Positions 44,427-55,975 of a DNA stretch of 64,000 nt are shown piece by piece. The translations under genes were made by a program, and so were the position numbers. Positions within the stretch are counted from its first letter, which is position 1; the number at the start of each line of letters is the position of its first letter. The stretch is taken from NCBI GenBank assembly GCA_020725385.1, contig DYFC01000010.1:1-64000 (forward strand), given 5' to 3'. Below the pieces are notes generated by a model. It had not been told where the DNA came from. It saw only the letters and a list, made by a program, of their open reading frames with translations, and made no database searches. The DNA comes from Nitrospira japonica (GTDB lineage Bacteria > Nitrospirota > Thermodesulfovibrionia > Thermodesulfovibrionales > SM23-35).

Positions 44427-45731
44427 TTATTCTGTTCTCTCACTTTCGTTTTTAATTATTTCCAACTTAACTTTTGATATTCTTTTTCCAACCATCTCGG
44501 AAACTGTGAGCTTTTTGTTATCTATTTCAATAAAATCACCTACAACAGGTATTTTCTGAAATTCTAATAAAAGAAATCCGCTTAATGTTTCATAATCAGG
44601 AGATTCAGGAAGTTCAATTGAGTAATCTTCTTTTAAATCCCTGATGCTTATTGAGGCATCGATTAAATAACTGTTTTCGCCTAAATTAATAACAGGACTT
44701 TCAGTATCATATTCATCTCTAATTTCCCCGACTATCTCTTCCAGAAGGTCTTCCATTGTGACAAGCCCTGAAACCGAGCCATATTCATCTATTACCAGTG
44801 CCATATGTATTCTTTTCTTCTGCATTTCTTTTAGAAGCTTGCTTATTTTCATTGTCTCAGGGATAAAGAAAGGCGGTTTTATTAGTTTTCTTATATCAGA
44901 AATGCCTTTTGGTAAAGCATTCAAGAAATCTTTTGCATAAAGTATTCCTCTAATATCGTTTATATCTCTGCCAATGACAGGATAACGGGAGAATTGTTCT
45001 TCGCTTATTATTTGCTGTATCTCATTAATAGGCATATTTATTCCAATTGTAACCATCTGTGTTGCCGGTGACATAACCTCTTTTGCAGACATATCCGTAA
45101 ACTCAAAAACACTGTGGATTAATTCCTGTTCCGTTGGTTCAAAAACACCCTGTTCTCCTCCCTCGATAATGAGCATTTTTACTTCTTCTTCTGATATGAA
45201 AGCTCTGTCAGAATATCTTTTTCCACCGAAAGGTTTAAGGAGAATGTTTGTGCTTGCTGTTAGAACTTTTACAAGTATTACAGCAATCTTTGAAAAAGCA
45301 TCAACAACCGGAGCGGTTCTAAGTCCTATTCCTTCAGGATTATTCAGGGCAAGTGACTTTGGTACAAGCTCTCCAAAAATAAGGCTGAAATAAGTGATAC
45401 TGACTGTAACAATTCCTATTGCTATTGCTTCGCTTGAAACAGAAATTAACGGCACATCTATACGTTTTATAGCAGGCTTTATTATTTGAATAGCTGCTGC
45501 GCCACCGAGTGCCGCAGCAAGAACACCAACAAATGTAATTGCTATTTGTATTGTTGCGAGAAATTTATCAGGATTTTCTTTGAATCTTCTCAGGATTTCA
45601 GCAGTTCTATTGCCCTCTTCAATAAGCTGCTTTATACGGCTTTTTCTTATTGAAACAACAGCTATTTCAGCAGCAGCAAAGAAACCGTTTAAAAATATAA
45701 AAATAGCTATAAGTGCGATATCAGACCACAT
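44427..45731 (-). CDS. HlyC/CorC family (CNNM-CBS-CorC) transporter
   Basis: NGFFAAAE, FGELVPK, FSRYPV, DEYG..GLVTMEDLLEEIVGEI.DE. Confidence 0.92.
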   Translation of the reverse strand: MWSDIALIAIFIFLNGFFAAAEIAVVSIRKSRIKQLIEEGNRTAEILRRFKENPDKFLATIQIAITFVGVLAAALGGAAAIQIIKPAIKRIDVPLISVSSEAIAIGIVTVSITYFSLIFGELVPKSLALNNPEGIGLRTAPVVDAFSKIAVILVKVLTASTNILLKPFGGKRYSDRAFISEEEVKMLIIEGGEQGVFEPTEQELIHSVFEFTDMSAKEVMSPATQMVTIGINMPINEIQQIISEEQFSRYPVIGRDINDIRGILYAKDFLNALPKGISDIRKLIKPPFFIPETMKISKLLKEMQKKRIHMALVIDEYGSVSGLVTMEDLLEEIVGEIRDEYDTESPVINLGENSYLIDASISIRDLKEDYSIELPESPDYETLSGFLLLEFQKIPVVGDFIEIDNKKLTVSEMVGKRISKVKLEIIKNESERTE

Positions 45732-45843
45732 ATTCAAGCACCTTCAAAATTTTAAATTCCATCGACTCTTAATTGTGTTTGAGCTTGAATTTGTAGCCTG
45801 TATATGTTTTCCTTTTCTTTTGTACTTCCAATCTCCATATAAA

Positions 45844-46920
45844 TTATTTCATGCTATTAATAATCGCATCTGCAAATTGTGATGTTCCAACAGCGGTAGG
45901 ATCATCGGGATAAGGCTTAAGATCATATGTTACATTTTTGCCTTCTGATATAACATCTGAAATAGCTTTTTCAAGTCTTTCAGCAGCGCTTATTTCTCCA
46001 ATATGTCTCAGCATCATAACTCCTGACAATATCATAGCAAGGGGATTAACTTTGTTCAAGCCCTTATATTTTGGAGCGCTTCCATGCACAGGCTCAAAAA
46101 CAGCATATTCTTCTCCAAGATTTGCTCCGGGAGCAATGCCCAGACCACCTATAAGCCCTGCAGCGAGATCTGATACAATATCACCATAAAGGTTTGGTAA
46201 AACAAGCACATCATAGAGTTCAGGCTTCTGCACAAGCTGCATACACATATTATCAACTATTCTGTCTTCAAATTCTATATCAGGATAATTTAGAGCCACA
46301 TTACGGGCTGTCTCAAGAAAAAGCCCGTCCGAATATTTCATAATATTTGCCTTGTGAACAGCCGTAACTTTTCTCCTTTTATTCTTTCTTGCATATTCAA
46401 AAGCAAATCGGACAATTCTCTCGGTACCGAATACTGAAATAGGCTTGATACTAATACCTGAATCACTTCTAATTGTTTTACCTGTTAGTTTTTTAATTAA
46501 TTCGATCAACTGTTTTGAGCCTTCAGAATCTTTCTCAAATTCTATTCCAGCGTATAAATCTTCGGTATTTTCCCTGACTATTACAATATCTACATTTTCA
46601 TATCTTGTTCTTACACCTTTGAAAATCCTTGAAGGTCTTAGATTGCAGTACAGATCGAGCGTTTGTCTAAGTGTAACATTAACACTTCTGAATCCTGTGC
46701 CAACAGGAGTTGTAACAGGACCTTTAAGCGCAACTTTATTTCTCTTAATTGAATCAATTACTCTTTGTGGCAATGGAGTTCCTTCTTTTTCATATACATC
46801 TATTCCTGCTTCCTGAATGTCCCAATTTATAGATACACCTGTAGCTTCTAAAACTTTTTTTGTAGCCTCTGTTATTTCAGGTCCGGTTCCATCTCCTGGA
46901 ATTAAAGTGATATTGTACAT
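45844..46920 (-). CDS. icd: isocitrate/isopropylmalate dehydrogenase family, probably NAD-dependent isocitrate dehydrogenase
   Basis: [34 protein letters not shown] and HGSAP. Confidence 0.8.
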   Translation of the reverse strand: MYNITLIPGDGTGPEITEATKKVLEATGVSINWDIQEAGIDVYEKEGTPLPQRVIDSIKRNKVALKGPVTTPVGTGFRSVNVTLRQTLDLYCNLRPSRIFKGVRTRYENVDIVIVRENTEDLYAGIEFEKDSEGSKQLIELIKKLTGKTIRSDSGISIKPISVFGTERIVRFAFEYARKNKRRKVTAVHKANIMKYSDGLFLETARNVALNYPDIEFEDRIVDNMCMQLVQKPELYDVLVLPNLYGDIVSDLAAGLIGGLGIAPGANLGEEYAVFEPVHGSAPKYKGLNKVNPLAMILSGVMMLRHIGEISAAERLEKAISDVISEGKNVTYDLKPYPDDPTAVGTSQFADAIINSMK

Positions 46921-46956
46921 GGTATCTCCAATCGTTTAAATTTGAGTTTTGTCTTA

Positions 46957-48192
46957 TTAAGGGTTAACTGTTAGGATTTTTTGCACCTGTTCGGGATAAG
47001 TTGCAACAAGTTTCAGTTCATCGTCTGTTAAAGGTTTTTGAGTATGCAAATTAGCATATTGAACAAGTTCAAGAACCCTTCTTGCTTCATTGTCATTATT
47101 AAAATGGATGCCCAGTTTGTCATATACATGTCTGAAGCCTTTGATGCCGCCATATTCTCCTGTTGTTATTATTCTGCCGGTTTCTGCAAGTTCAGGCTCG
47201 CCTCTGCCAACGTCTTCAGGATCGTAAAGTTCATAATTTCTTCTGTCTTTTAGAGCGCCGTCAGCATGTATTCCTGATTCATGTGCAAAAGCATTCGCTC
47301 CTATGCCGGGTTGATTTATCGGTATTGGTATATTAAAAGCATATGAAGCGTATCTGCCTATCTTCCATGCTTTTTTTAAGTCCACATTCTCATCGAGAGG
47401 AAGCTTGTCTTTAAGACCCTGAGAAAATTTAAGCGCTAAAATAGTTGATACAAGATCACAGTTGCCGCAACGTTCTCCGTAACCATTAATTGTGGTATTT
47501 ATATATGCATCAACCCCTGCTTCAACAGAACCTTGGGCACCTGCAATTGATACAGCTTCTGCCATTCCAAGATCATTATGACAGTGCATCTCGATAGGAA
47601 ATTTTGTTGCAAGGGCAAGAGCTTTTGTTCTTTCGTAAATTGTTATAGGGTCATCTGTTCCGAGTGTATCGCAATACCTGAAACGGTCAGCACCGGCTTC
47701 TTTTCCTGCGAGTATAAACTCAATTAATCTGTCAAGCTCTGTTCTTGAAGCATCTTCTGCATTTATGCCTACAGTTTGCGCGCCAAGTTCTTTGGCAGTT
47801 CTTACTGCTTCTGAAAGAGATTTCACTATATCTTTAAATGATTTTCTGCCTTGAAATTTACCCTGTATCATAATCTCTGAAGTAGAAATAGAAATGTTTA
47901 GATGTTTCAACTCAGGACAATTTTTAAAACTTAATTTAACATCTTCAGGAATCGCCCTGCACCAGCCTTCAAGATGAATCCTTTTGAATACACCAAGCTT
48001 AAAAAGCTCGAGGTTTGCATTAATGTAATTAATCTCGTGTTTCAAAGTCGGGAACCCAATTTCTGTCTGGAATATTCCCATTTCATCAAGGTAAATATTA
48101 AGCATTGTCTTTGAAAGTTTAGGCAGAAGTATCCTTGAAGTCTGAACCCCGTCTCTGTTTGTTACATCGATTAAATATACTTTTGCTTTCAT
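46957..48192 (-). CDS. DRE-TIM acyltransferase (homocitrate synthase-like, probable Re-citrate synthase)
   Basis: DVTNRDGVQT, HCHNDLG, GERCGN and HESGIH; no LeuA regulatory domain; adjacent to icd. Confidence 0.75.
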   Translation of the reverse strand: MKAKVYLIDVTNRDGVQTSRILLPKLSKTMLNIYLDEMGIFQTEIGFPTLKHEINYINANLELFKLGVFKRIHLEGWCRAIPEDVKLSFKNCPELKHLNISISTSEIMIQGKFQGRKSFKDIVKSLSEAVRTAKELGAQTVGINAEDASRTELDRLIEFILAGKEAGADRFRYCDTLGTDDPITIYERTKALALATKFPIEMHCHNDLGMAEAVSIAGAQGSVEAGVDAYINTTINGYGERCGNCDLVSTILALKFSQGLKDKLPLDENVDLKKAWKIGRYASYAFNIPIPINQPGIGANAFAHESGIHADGALKDRRNYELYDPEDVGRGEPELAETGRIITTGEYGGIKGFRHVYDKLGIHFNNDNEARRVLELVQYANLHTQKPLTDDELKLVATYPEQVQKILTVNP

Positions 48193-48459
48193 TTTGTTTT
48201 CCTTTTAATAAAAATTATAACCTGTAAAAATACAGGCAGATAATCGGATAAATATTGTCATTCCTTTGATTGCCATACCATTAGAGGCTTTTCATTAGTA
48301 AAACAATTTTTTCACAGAATATTCGGATAAAATTTAACCTGATATGACTAATCAAAATTTAGCATTGATGAGGATTTTTAATTTGCATTTTTAAGCTCAA
48401 CCTCAACATAATATTAATAACATAAATTAGCTAATATTACAATAAGTTAATTTTATTAG

Positions 48460-48596
48460 CAGCAATTCACGGTAAATTTTGAAAGCCTTAAGATTTCTCG
48501 CTTTGCTCGAAATGACAATGAAGAAGGTTCTTATTGTCATTCCGAAGGAGTATAAGCGGTTGAGGAATCTTACCTTTTTTTCACCGAGAATTGTTG
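48460..48596. mobile_element. MITE-like element family A
   Basis: TIRs CAGCAATTCACGGT / ACCGAGAATTGTTG; internal AGATTTCTCG..GAAATGAC and GTCATTCCG..GGAATCT hairpins. Confidence 0.8.
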
Positions 48597-48692
48597 TAAA
48601 TTAATTTTATTAGATTAATATCAAAACAATAAAGACTGGAAAAGACAGGAGCAGTTTGTTAAAATTAAAGCCAGTTTTACGGAGGTATAATT

Positions 48693-49433
48693 ATGAACTT
48701 TAAGAGTCAAGTTGCTGTTATAACAGGTGGAACACGCGGAATCGGGAAATCTATTGCCGAACATTTTGCGAAGAATGGTGCTGATATTATTGTTTGTGGC
48801 AGAAATCCACAGGCTGCAATTGAAGCAGCAGAATCTCTATCATCTTTTGGTGTTAAAACCATTGGTTTAAGGCTTGATGTATCGAATTCTCAGGAAGTAA
48901 AGGAAACATTTGAAAAGATCATCTCTGAATTTAAAAAAATAGACATACTCGTTAATAATGCCGGAATTACAAAAGATGGACTTCTAATGCGAATGAGTGA
49001 AGAATCATGGGATTCGGTTCTCGATATAAATCTTAAAGGTTGCTTTTTATGTACGAAAGCTGTAATACCTGAGATGGCCCGTCAGAGATACGGAAGAATT
49101 ATAAATATTACTTCGGTTGCCGGCTTTATGGGAAATCCGGGGCAGGCTAATTATAGTGCTTCTAAAGCAGGAATAGTAGGATTTACTAAAACTGTTGCAA
49201 GAGAATACGCTTCAAGGGGAATAACAGTTAATGCTGTAGCTCCAGGTTTTATAGAAACTGCAATGACCGATGTTCTTAATGAAAAAATTAAAGAGGAAAT
49301 GAAAAAACTTATTCCTTTGGGAAGATTCGGTAAGGTTGAAGATATTGCAAACGCAGTATTATTTCTTGCATTACCAGAATCCGGATATATAACAGGACAA
49401 ACCATTCATGTAAATGGCGGTATGTATATGTAA
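48693..49433 (+). CDS. fabG: 3-oxoacyl-ACP reductase
   Basis: TGGTRGIG, NNAGIT and GQANYSASK. Confidence 0.96.
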   Translation: MNFKSQVAVITGGTRGIGKSIAEHFAKNGADIIVCGRNPQAAIEAAESLSSFGVKTIGLRLDVSNSQEVKETFEKIISEFKKIDILVNNAGITKDGLLMRMSEESWDSVLDINLKGCFLCTKAVIPEMARQRYGRIINITSVAGFMGNPGQANYSASKAGIVGFTKTVAREYASRGITVNAVAPGFIETAMTDVLNEKIKEEMKKLIPLGRFGKVEDIANAVLFLALPESGYITGQTIHVNGGMYM

Positions 49434-49575
49434 ACAAAATTAATGAAAAATTTAAAACATAAAAGTTATAATTTAAGTTCATAAGTCTGGCATAAACTGA
49501 AATAGTTGTTTTATGCCTTTACTTTTATGATGTTTTTTCTATTTTGAAATTTATTTTAATTTTGGAGGTGTCTTA

Positions 49576-49809
49576 ATGGTAGAAGAAAAGGTCAAAGAAA
49601 TTATTTCTAAACAACTCGGGGTAAATCCTTCAGAGGTTGTACCCGAAGCTTCATTCGTTGAGGATCTCGGAGCAGATTCCCTCGATACTGTAGAACTTGT
49701 CATGGCTTTTGAAGAAGCATTTGGCATTGAAATCCCGGATGAGGATGCAGAGAAGATTTCAAAGGTTAAGGATGCAATTGATTATATTAACAATAAAAAA
49801 GCAGCTTAA
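49576..49809 (+). CDS. acpP: acyl carrier protein
   Basis: [14 protein letters not shown]. Confidence 0.98.
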   Translation: MVEEKVKEIISKQLGVNPSEVVPEASFVEDLGADSLDTVELVMAFEEAFGIEIPDEDAEKISKVKDAIDYINNKKAA

Positions 49810-49814
49810 TACTT

Positions 49815-51059
49815 ATGAATAAGAGAAGGGTTGTTGTAACCGGGCTCGGGATGATTACCCCGCTCGGTATAGGAGTTCAGAAAAGCTGGGAAAATCTTAT
49901 AGCTGGCAAATCCGGCATCAGACGTATTACACAGTTTGATGCCTCGGCTTTTCCGACCCAGATCGCAGGCGAAGTAGAAGGATTTAATCCCGAAGACTAC
50001 ATTGAACCTAAAGAAATAAAAAAAATGGACCGTTTCATCCATTTTGCTATTGCAGCAGCTCAAATGGCTATGGATGATTCCGGTCTAAAGATAACTGAAG
50101 CCAATGCAGAAAGAACCGGAGTAATTGTAGGTTCGGGTATAGGTGGATTAAATTCAATTGAATATTACCATAATGTCTATCTTCAAAAGGGGCCCAGACG
50201 TATAACACCTTTTTTTATTCCAATGCTCGTAGTTAATCTTGCTTCGGGCCAAATTTCTATAAGATTCGGGGCCAAGGGTCCCAATTCTGCTGTTGTTACA
50301 GCCTGTGCCACAGGGAGCCATGCAATAGGTGATGCTTTTAAGATAATCCAGAGGGACGATGCTGACATTATGATTGCAGGTGGCTCTGAATCGGTAATAA
50401 CACCTCTGGCTATAGGTGGATTTAATGCTATGAAAGCATTATCAACAAGAAACAATGAACCTGAAAAAGCAAGCAGGCCTTTTGATATTGACAGGGATGG
50501 TTTTGTAATGGGAGAAGGCGCTGGAATAATTATTCTTGAAAGCCTTGAATCTGCTCTTAACAGAGGAGCACATATATATGCCGAAATAGCCGGTTATGGC
50601 ATGTCATCAGATGCCTATCATATTACAGCACCGTCGCCTACCGGAGAAGGTGCTGTAAGATGCATGAGAATGGCTATCAAAGATGCAGGGGTTGAGCCTT
50701 CGGATGTCAATTATATTAATGCACATGGCACATCCACAAAATACGGAGATGAAATTGAGACAAATGCTATAAAAACACTTTTTGGAGAACATGCATATAA
50801 AATACCCGTAAGTTCTACAAAATCAATGACAGGTCATCTACTTGGAGCTGCAGGAGGTGTTGAGTCAGTAATATCAATACTTTGTATTAATAAAAGTATA
50901 ATCCCTCCAACTATAAATCTAACAAACCCTGATCCTGAATGCGATCTCGATTATGTTCCCAATACTGCAAGAAAGACTAACGTAAATTGCTGCCTTTCAA
51001 ATTCTTTTGGTTTTGGTGGAACAAACGCCTGTCTTCTCTTTAAAAAATATACCCCCTAA
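49815..51059 (+). CDS. fabF: beta-ketoacyl-ACP synthase II
   Basis: [20 protein letters not shown] and SFGFGG. Confidence 0.97.
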   Translation: MNKRRVVVTGLGMITPLGIGVQKSWENLIAGKSGIRRITQFDASAFPTQIAGEVEGFNPEDYIEPKEIKKMDRFIHFAIAAAQMAMDDSGLKITEANAERTGVIVGSGIGGLNSIEYYHNVYLQKGPRRITPFFIPMLVVNLASGQISIRFGAKGPNSAVVTACATGSHAIGDAFKIIQRDDADIMIAGGSESVITPLAIGGFNAMKALSTRNNEPEKASRPFDIDRDGFVMGEGAGIIILESLESALNRGAHIYAEIAGYGMSSDAYHITAPSPTGEGAVRCMRMAIKDAGVEPSDVNYINAHGTSTKYGDEIETNAIKTLFGEHAYKIPVSSTKSMTGHLLGAAGGVESVISILCINKSIIPPTINLTNPDPECDLDYVPNTARKTNVNCCLSNSFGFGGTNACLLFKKYTP

Positions 51060-51067
51060 ATTTAAAC

Positions 51068-51760
51068 ATGCATTGTGAAGACTTAACAGAACTCGAAAAT
51101 AATCTGGGCTATACTTTTAAAAATAAAGAAATTCTCAAAGAAGCACTAACACACAGATCATATTTTCATGAATACCCTAAGGATTCAACCGGATATAATG
51201 AAAGACTGGAATTTCTCGGTGATTCGGTTCTTGGTTTTATAATTGTTGAATATCTTTTTTCCCTCCCCGAAAAGTTTCTTGAGTCAACAATGGCAAAAAC
51301 TAAATCATATGTCGCAAAAGAAGCTGTTTTATTTGAAGTTGCAAATTCCATATCACTCGGCAAATTTCTCAGACTCGGCAAAGGTGAAGAGTTAACCGGT
51401 GGAAGAACAAAAAAATCCCTTCTCGCAGATGCTTTTGAGGCTCTTCTTGGAGCTGTCTTCCTTGACGGAGGGTTAGAGCCGGCAAAAGTTATTGTTATGA
51501 AACTGTTCAAAGAAAAAATTGATAAGATTATAACATCAGGTGATTTCCATGATGCCAAGACAGATTTACAGGAAAAATCACAGATGCTATATAATTCAAT
51601 TCCCGAGTATAAACTCGTTAAACAGGAAGGTGAAGAGCATAGCAAAGTATTTACCGTTGAAGTTTATATTAATGGAGAAAGGTTAGGATACGGCGTAGGG
51701 AAAAGCAAAAAAGAGGCTGAGACTAATGCTGCTAAAGAAGCATTAAAGAAACTGCATTAA
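51068..51760 (+). CDS. rnc: ribonuclease III
   Basis: NERLEFLGD signature and dsRBD. Confidence 0.97.
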   Translation: MHCEDLTELENNLGYTFKNKEILKEALTHRSYFHEYPKDSTGYNERLEFLGDSVLGFIIVEYLFSLPEKFLESTMAKTKSYVAKEAVLFEVANSISLGKFLRLGKGEELTGGRTKKSLLADAFEALLGAVFLDGGLEPAKVIVMKLFKEKIDKIITSGDFHDAKTDLQEKSQMLYNSIPEYKLVKQEGEEHSKVFTVEVYINGERLGYGVGKSKKEAETNAAKEALKKLH

Positions 51761-51876
51761 AAAATTTGATGTTTATTTTTCTTTTTGCTACACTTTAAAT
51801 ATATATAATAGTTTAAATATTATTAAAAACATCTATGAGTAATTATGAGCCTATTAAAATATTACCTAAATAATAC

Positions 51877-52060
51877 AGACATTGCGCAAAAGAACCGTTT
51901 CACATGTCTGTTCATCTTGTCCGTATTTAGAAGAACGAACACAGCTAACGGACACGATACAAAGTTTTAGCGTCATTCCCCGACTCGATCGGGAAATCCA
52001 GTTTTAAAGTTCCTGGATTCCGTCCTCTGACTTGCTTAGAGGATTAAATCGGGCAATGAC
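51877..52060. repeat. palindromic REP/MITE-like element, family B copy 2
   Basis: AACGGACACG..AAAGTTTTA.CGTCATTCCCCGACTCGATCGGG.AATCCAG matches the reverse complement of 775-836; AGACATTGC end shared with 685. Confidence 0.75.
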
Positions 52061-52113
52061 AGAAAAATGAACATGTTTTGACAACACTTTAATAGATAAA
52101 AGGAGGTGATTAA

Positions 52114-52281
52114 ATGGTAAAAGATCCTGTATGCAATATGGATATAGATGAGAAAAAAGCGGCTGCAATAAGCAATTACAAAGGGAAAACGTATTATTTT
52201 TGTTCAAAGGTATGCAAAGAAAAATTTGATAAAGAACCTGAAAAGTATCTGAAAGAAAGTTCCGAAAGTATTAAGTCATAA
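52114..52281 (+). CDS. stand-alone YHS/TRASH-domain metallochaperone (55 aa)
   Basis: MVKDPVCNM..YKGKTYYFCSKVCKEKFDKEPEKY with AGGAGGT RBS; absent from the ORF track. Confidence 0.88.
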   Translation: MVKDPVCNMDIDEKKAAAISNYKGKTYYFCSKVCKEKFDKEPEKYLKESSESIKS

Positions 52282-52369
52282 ATTTAAGGAGGTGAAAATT
52301 ATAGTAAAAGTATAAAGTTTGAGAATTACTAAACATACAAAATCTTAAACAATAAAAATGGAGGACATA

Positions 52370-52795
52370 ATGAAAAAATTAATAGTTACATTAATTATAG
52401 TCTTAGCATTTAGTCTTACAGCTTTTGCACAGATGGGTATGATGGGTCAGGGCATGAAAACAGGTGAAACCCAACAAATGCCAATGATGCAATGTCCAAA
52501 AATGCAAATGATGCAGGGCCAGGGAATGATGCAAGGGCAACAGATGCAGGCAATGCATTGTCAGGAAATGATGCAGATTATTACCAATTTAATTACTATG
52601 CAGGAAAAAATTGTTTCAGGAGTAAAACCTGAAGAAAAAGACAAGATGTTGCAGGAAATGAAGGAAATGAAAGATAAATTACAAAATATGGCTAATACTT
52701 GCAAATGTATGATGATGCAACCAACTGCTCCTCAGTCTCCTGCTACTGAAGCACCAGTTCCACAGACGCCGCCTCCTTCGGAACACAAACACTAA
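52370..52795 (+). CDS. Met-rich exported protein, putative Cu/Ag binder
   Basis: Signal peptide ending AFA; about two dozen Met plus 4 Cys; C-terminal EHKH; lies in the cop operon. Confidence 0.7.
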   Translation: MKKLIVTLIIVLAFSLTAFAQMGMMGQGMKTGETQQMPMMQCPKMQMMQGQGMMQGQQMQAMHCQEMMQIITNLITMQEKIVSGVKPEEKDKMLQEMKEMKDKLQNMANTCKCMMMQPTAPQSPATEAPVPQTPPPSEHKH

Positions 52796-52810
52796 GTTTT
52801 TTGGAATTTT

Positions 52811-55465
52811 ATGCAAGTTATTGACCCTGTATGTAAGATGATAATTGAAGATTCTGAAGCAGCGGGTAATACTGTTTATAACGGTAAGACTTATTATTTT
52901 TGCAATCCTATATGTAAAGAAAAATTTGATAAAAACCCGGAAGATTATCTCAAAGAAGAAGATACAAACCAGAAAAAAATTCAAAGGTTCACCCCGATTT
53001 TAATGATTAAGAGTCCCTCTGAAACCACTCAAAAAGAAGAAATTAATATTAAAAAAGAGAAGGACCCAGTCTGCGGTATGACAGTCGATACAGATACAGA
53101 CCTTAAATATGAATATAAAGGGAATACCTATTATTTTTGTTCTTCATATTGTCTTGATAAATTTAAAAATGAACCTGAAAAATATTTAGAAACTAAAGAA
53201 GAAAAAATATATGACATACCAAAAGATACCTCTTCATGTTCAGGATATACATGTCCGATGCATCCTGAAATTAAAAAAGAAAAAATGGGTTCATGTCCTG
53301 AATGTGGCATGGCATTGGAACCCATTTTAACCCCTTTAGAATATACAAAAACCGAATGGATTTGTCCCATGGATCCTGATGTGATAAGTGATAAACCCGG
53401 TAGTTGCCCCAAATGCGGTATGGCATTAGAGCCAAGAATTGTAACTCTTGAGGAAAAAGAGAACCCCGAACTTGTTGACATGAGTAAACGTTTTAAGATT
53501 AGTTTAGCATTAACAATTCCTGTTGTCTTTATTGCAATGCACCATATGATACCGGGACTTTCACTTGAACACTTCATTAACACAGATCTACTAAGGATAT
53601 TTGAGCTTGTTTTTACTACACCGGTTGTTTTATGGTGCGGCTTACCTTTTTTTATACGCGCATGGAATTCAATCATAAACCGCAGTCCTAATATGTTTAC
53701 ACTTATCGGTCTTGGAGTTGCAGTAGCTTATATCTACAGTCTGTTTGCTGTTTTATTCCCCTCAATCTTCCCCGAATCTTTTATAGAATCAAATAGAAAA
53801 ATCGGAGTTTATTTTGAAGCTTCAGCAGTAATTATAACTCTTGTTCTTCTTGGCCAGGTGCTTGAACTTAAAGCAAGAGGGAAGACAGGTGCTGCTATAA
53901 GAGCTTTACTCGGGCTTGCTCCAAAAACTGCACGAAGAATTAACAAAGATGGTTCTGAAGAAGATGTACAAATAGATATGGTCAAACCCGGCGACATTTT
54001 ACACATCAGACCCGGCGAAAAAATTCCTGTTGATGGAATAGTCATTGAAGGAACAAGTTCAATTGATGAATCAATGATTACAGGTGAACCAGTCCCTGTT
54101 GAGAAACAACCGGGCGATAAAGTTATTGGAGCAACTATAAATACTACCGGTACACTTCTAATAAAAACCGAAAAAGTAGGCTCTGATACTTTGCTGTCAC
54201 AAATTGTCCATATGGTATCAGAAGCTCAAAGAAGCAGGGCTCCAATTCAAAAACTTGCAGATATAGTAGCAGGGTATTTTGTATATATTGTAATTTCAGT
54301 TGCTTTTATTACTTTTATAATCTGGTCCCTACGGGGACCGGAGCCCCGTTTCGCTTATGCTATTATCAATTCGGTAGCTGTTTTGATAATAGCATGCCCC
54401 TGTGCTCTTGGATTAGCAACTCCAATGTCAATAATGGTTGCTATGGGTAAAGGTGCAACAGCAGGGGTACTCTTCAAAAATGCCGAGTCCATAGAAATAA
54501 TGAGAAAAGTGAATATATTGGTTACCGATAAAACAGGCACTCTTACAGTAGGGAAACCTGAACTCGTTAAAATAATTCCGCTTCAGGGATGGGATGAAAA
54601 TAAAGTGCTTTATTATTCAGCAAGTCTTGCAAAAGGCAGCGAACATCCATTGTCAAATGCAATAGTCATTGAAGCTGAAAAAAGACAGATTCAACTCACA
54701 AAATCTGATTCGTTCAAATCTATTACTGGCAAGGGGATAACAGGCCGGATTGAAGGATATTCAGTTGCTCTCGGGAATATGAGTTTATTGAACGAAATTG
54801 GTATTAATTCGCAAGAATATTTAGAAAAAGCAGAGCAAATGAGATTGGAAGGAATAACAGTTATGTTTCTTGTCTGTGATAACAAAATCTCGGGGCTTAT
54901 CGGAACTTCCGATACTTTAAAGCAAACTTCTAAACCAGCGATTGAGCAACTTCACAGAGAAGGAATCAAAGTTATAATGCTTACAGGAGATAGCCGTACT
55001 ACTGCTGAAGCAGTTGCAAAGAAACTTAATATAGATGAAGTTATTGCAGAAGTTTTACCCGAACAAAAAGTTATGGAAATAAAAAAATTGCAGGATAGAG
55101 GTTTTATAGTAGCAATGGCCGGTGACGGCATAAATGACGCTCCGGCCCTCGCTCAAGCACATGTTGGAATTGCAATGGGAACAGGAACAGATGTGGCTAT
55201 GGAAAGTTCTCACATAACCCTCGTAAAAGGTGATTTGGGTGGTATATTAAGAGCGAGACTCCTGAGCAAAGCAACCATGAAAAATATTAAACAAAACCTT
55301 TTCTGGGCATTTATTTACAATACAATAGGGGTTCCGGTTGCAGCGGGTATTCTTTATCCATTTTTTGGAATTCTCCTTAGTCCGATGATTGCTGCTGCTG
55401 CAATGAGCTTTAGTTCTGTTTCGGTTATAGGAAACGCATTACGTCTGAGAAGTATTAAATTATAA
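52811..55465 (+). CDS. copA: Cu(I)-translocating P1B-type ATPase
   Basis: Two YHS plus two CPM(H/D)P..CP.CGM domains; [20 protein letters not shown] and MSFSS. Confidence 0.93.
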   Translation: MQVIDPVCKMIIEDSEAAGNTVYNGKTYYFCNPICKEKFDKNPEDYLKEEDTNQKKIQRFTPILMIKSPSETTQKEEINIKKEKDPVCGMTVDTDTDLKYEYKGNTYYFCSSYCLDKFKNEPEKYLETKEEKIYDIPKDTSSCSGYTCPMHPEIKKEKMGSCPECGMALEPILTPLEYTKTEWICPMDPDVISDKPGSCPKCGMALEPRIVTLEEKENPELVDMSKRFKISLALTIPVVFIAMHHMIPGLSLEHFINTDLLRIFELVFTTPVVLWCGLPFFIRAWNSIINRSPNMFTLIGLGVAVAYIYSLFAVLFPSIFPESFIESNRKIGVYFEASAVIITLVLLGQVLELKARGKTGAAIRALLGLAPKTARRINKDGSEEDVQIDMVKPGDILHIRPGEKIPVDGIVIEGTSSIDESMITGEPVPVEKQPGDKVIGATINTTGTLLIKTEKVGSDTLLSQIVHMVSEAQRSRAPIQKLADIVAGYFVYIVISVAFITFIIWSLRGPEPRFAYAIINSVAVLIIACPCALGLATPMSIMVAMGKGATAGVLFKNAESIEIMRKVNILVTDKTGTLTVGKPELVKIIPLQGWDENKVLYYSASLAKGSEHPLSNAIVIEAEKRQIQLTKSDSFKSITGKGITGRIEGYSVALGNMSLLNEIGINSQEYLEKAEQMRLEGITVMFLVCDNKISGLIGTSDTLKQTSKPAIEQLHREGIKVIMLTGDSRTTAEAVAKKLNIDEVIAEVLPEQKVMEIKKLQDRGFIVAMAGDGINDAPALAQAHVGIAMGTGTDVAMESSHITLVKGDLGGILRARLLSKATMKNIKQNLFWAFIYNTIGVPVAAGILYPFFGILLSPMIAAAAMSFSSVSVIGNALRLRSIKL

Positions 55466-55478
55466 ATAAAATAAAAAA

Positions 55479-55934
55479 CTATTTGTGTTCAAAAAGAGTT
55501 TTTACTTCATTCATTAGTTCATTAATATCTTTAAAAGAACGGTAAACAGAGGCGAATCTTACATATGCTACCTTGTCAAGTTCTTTAAGAGATGACATTA
55601 CTTCCTCTCCTATCCATGAACTTTGAATTTCTTTTACACCAAGTCCGATAAGTTTTTTTTCAATTGAATCGGTGATATTCTCAAGAGTTTCCATTCCTAT
55701 AGGTCTTTTTTCGCAAGCTTTTTTAAGACCTGTTAAAACTTTATCCCTATCAAATGGTTCCCTGCGTCCATCTTTTTTAATAACCATAGGAATAATATCT
55801 TCAACGCGTTCGTATGAAGTGAATCGTTTGCCACATTTAAGACATTCCCTTCTGCGTCTTATAGCACTACCTTCCCTGCTTGTACGGGAATCAATTACTT
55901 TATCCTCAATATTACCGCAGAATGGACATTTCAT
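55479..55934 (-). CDS. nrdR: transcriptional repressor NrdR
   Basis: [22 protein letters not shown] cone and AYVRFASVY. Confidence 0.97.
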   Translation of the reverse strand: MKCPFCGNIEDKVIDSRTSREGSAIRRRRECLKCGKRFTSYERVEDIIPMVIKKDGRREPFDRDKVLTGLKKACEKRPIGMETLENITDSIEKKLIGLGVKEIQSSWIGEEVMSSLKELDKVAYVRFASVYRSFKDINELMNEVKTLFEHK

Positions 55935-55975
55935 AAAATTATTAAATTTAAATTCAGACTTCTATATTTTGAATT

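Noticed and set aside
45752-45838. 28-aa minus-strand ORF between icd and the CorC-family gene
   Set aside because: No RBS or motif; cannot be supported.
52287-52314. Strong SD (AAGGAGGTG) after the YHS gene
   Set aside because: Followed only by a 7-codon GTG frame overlapping the SD; no supportable gene.
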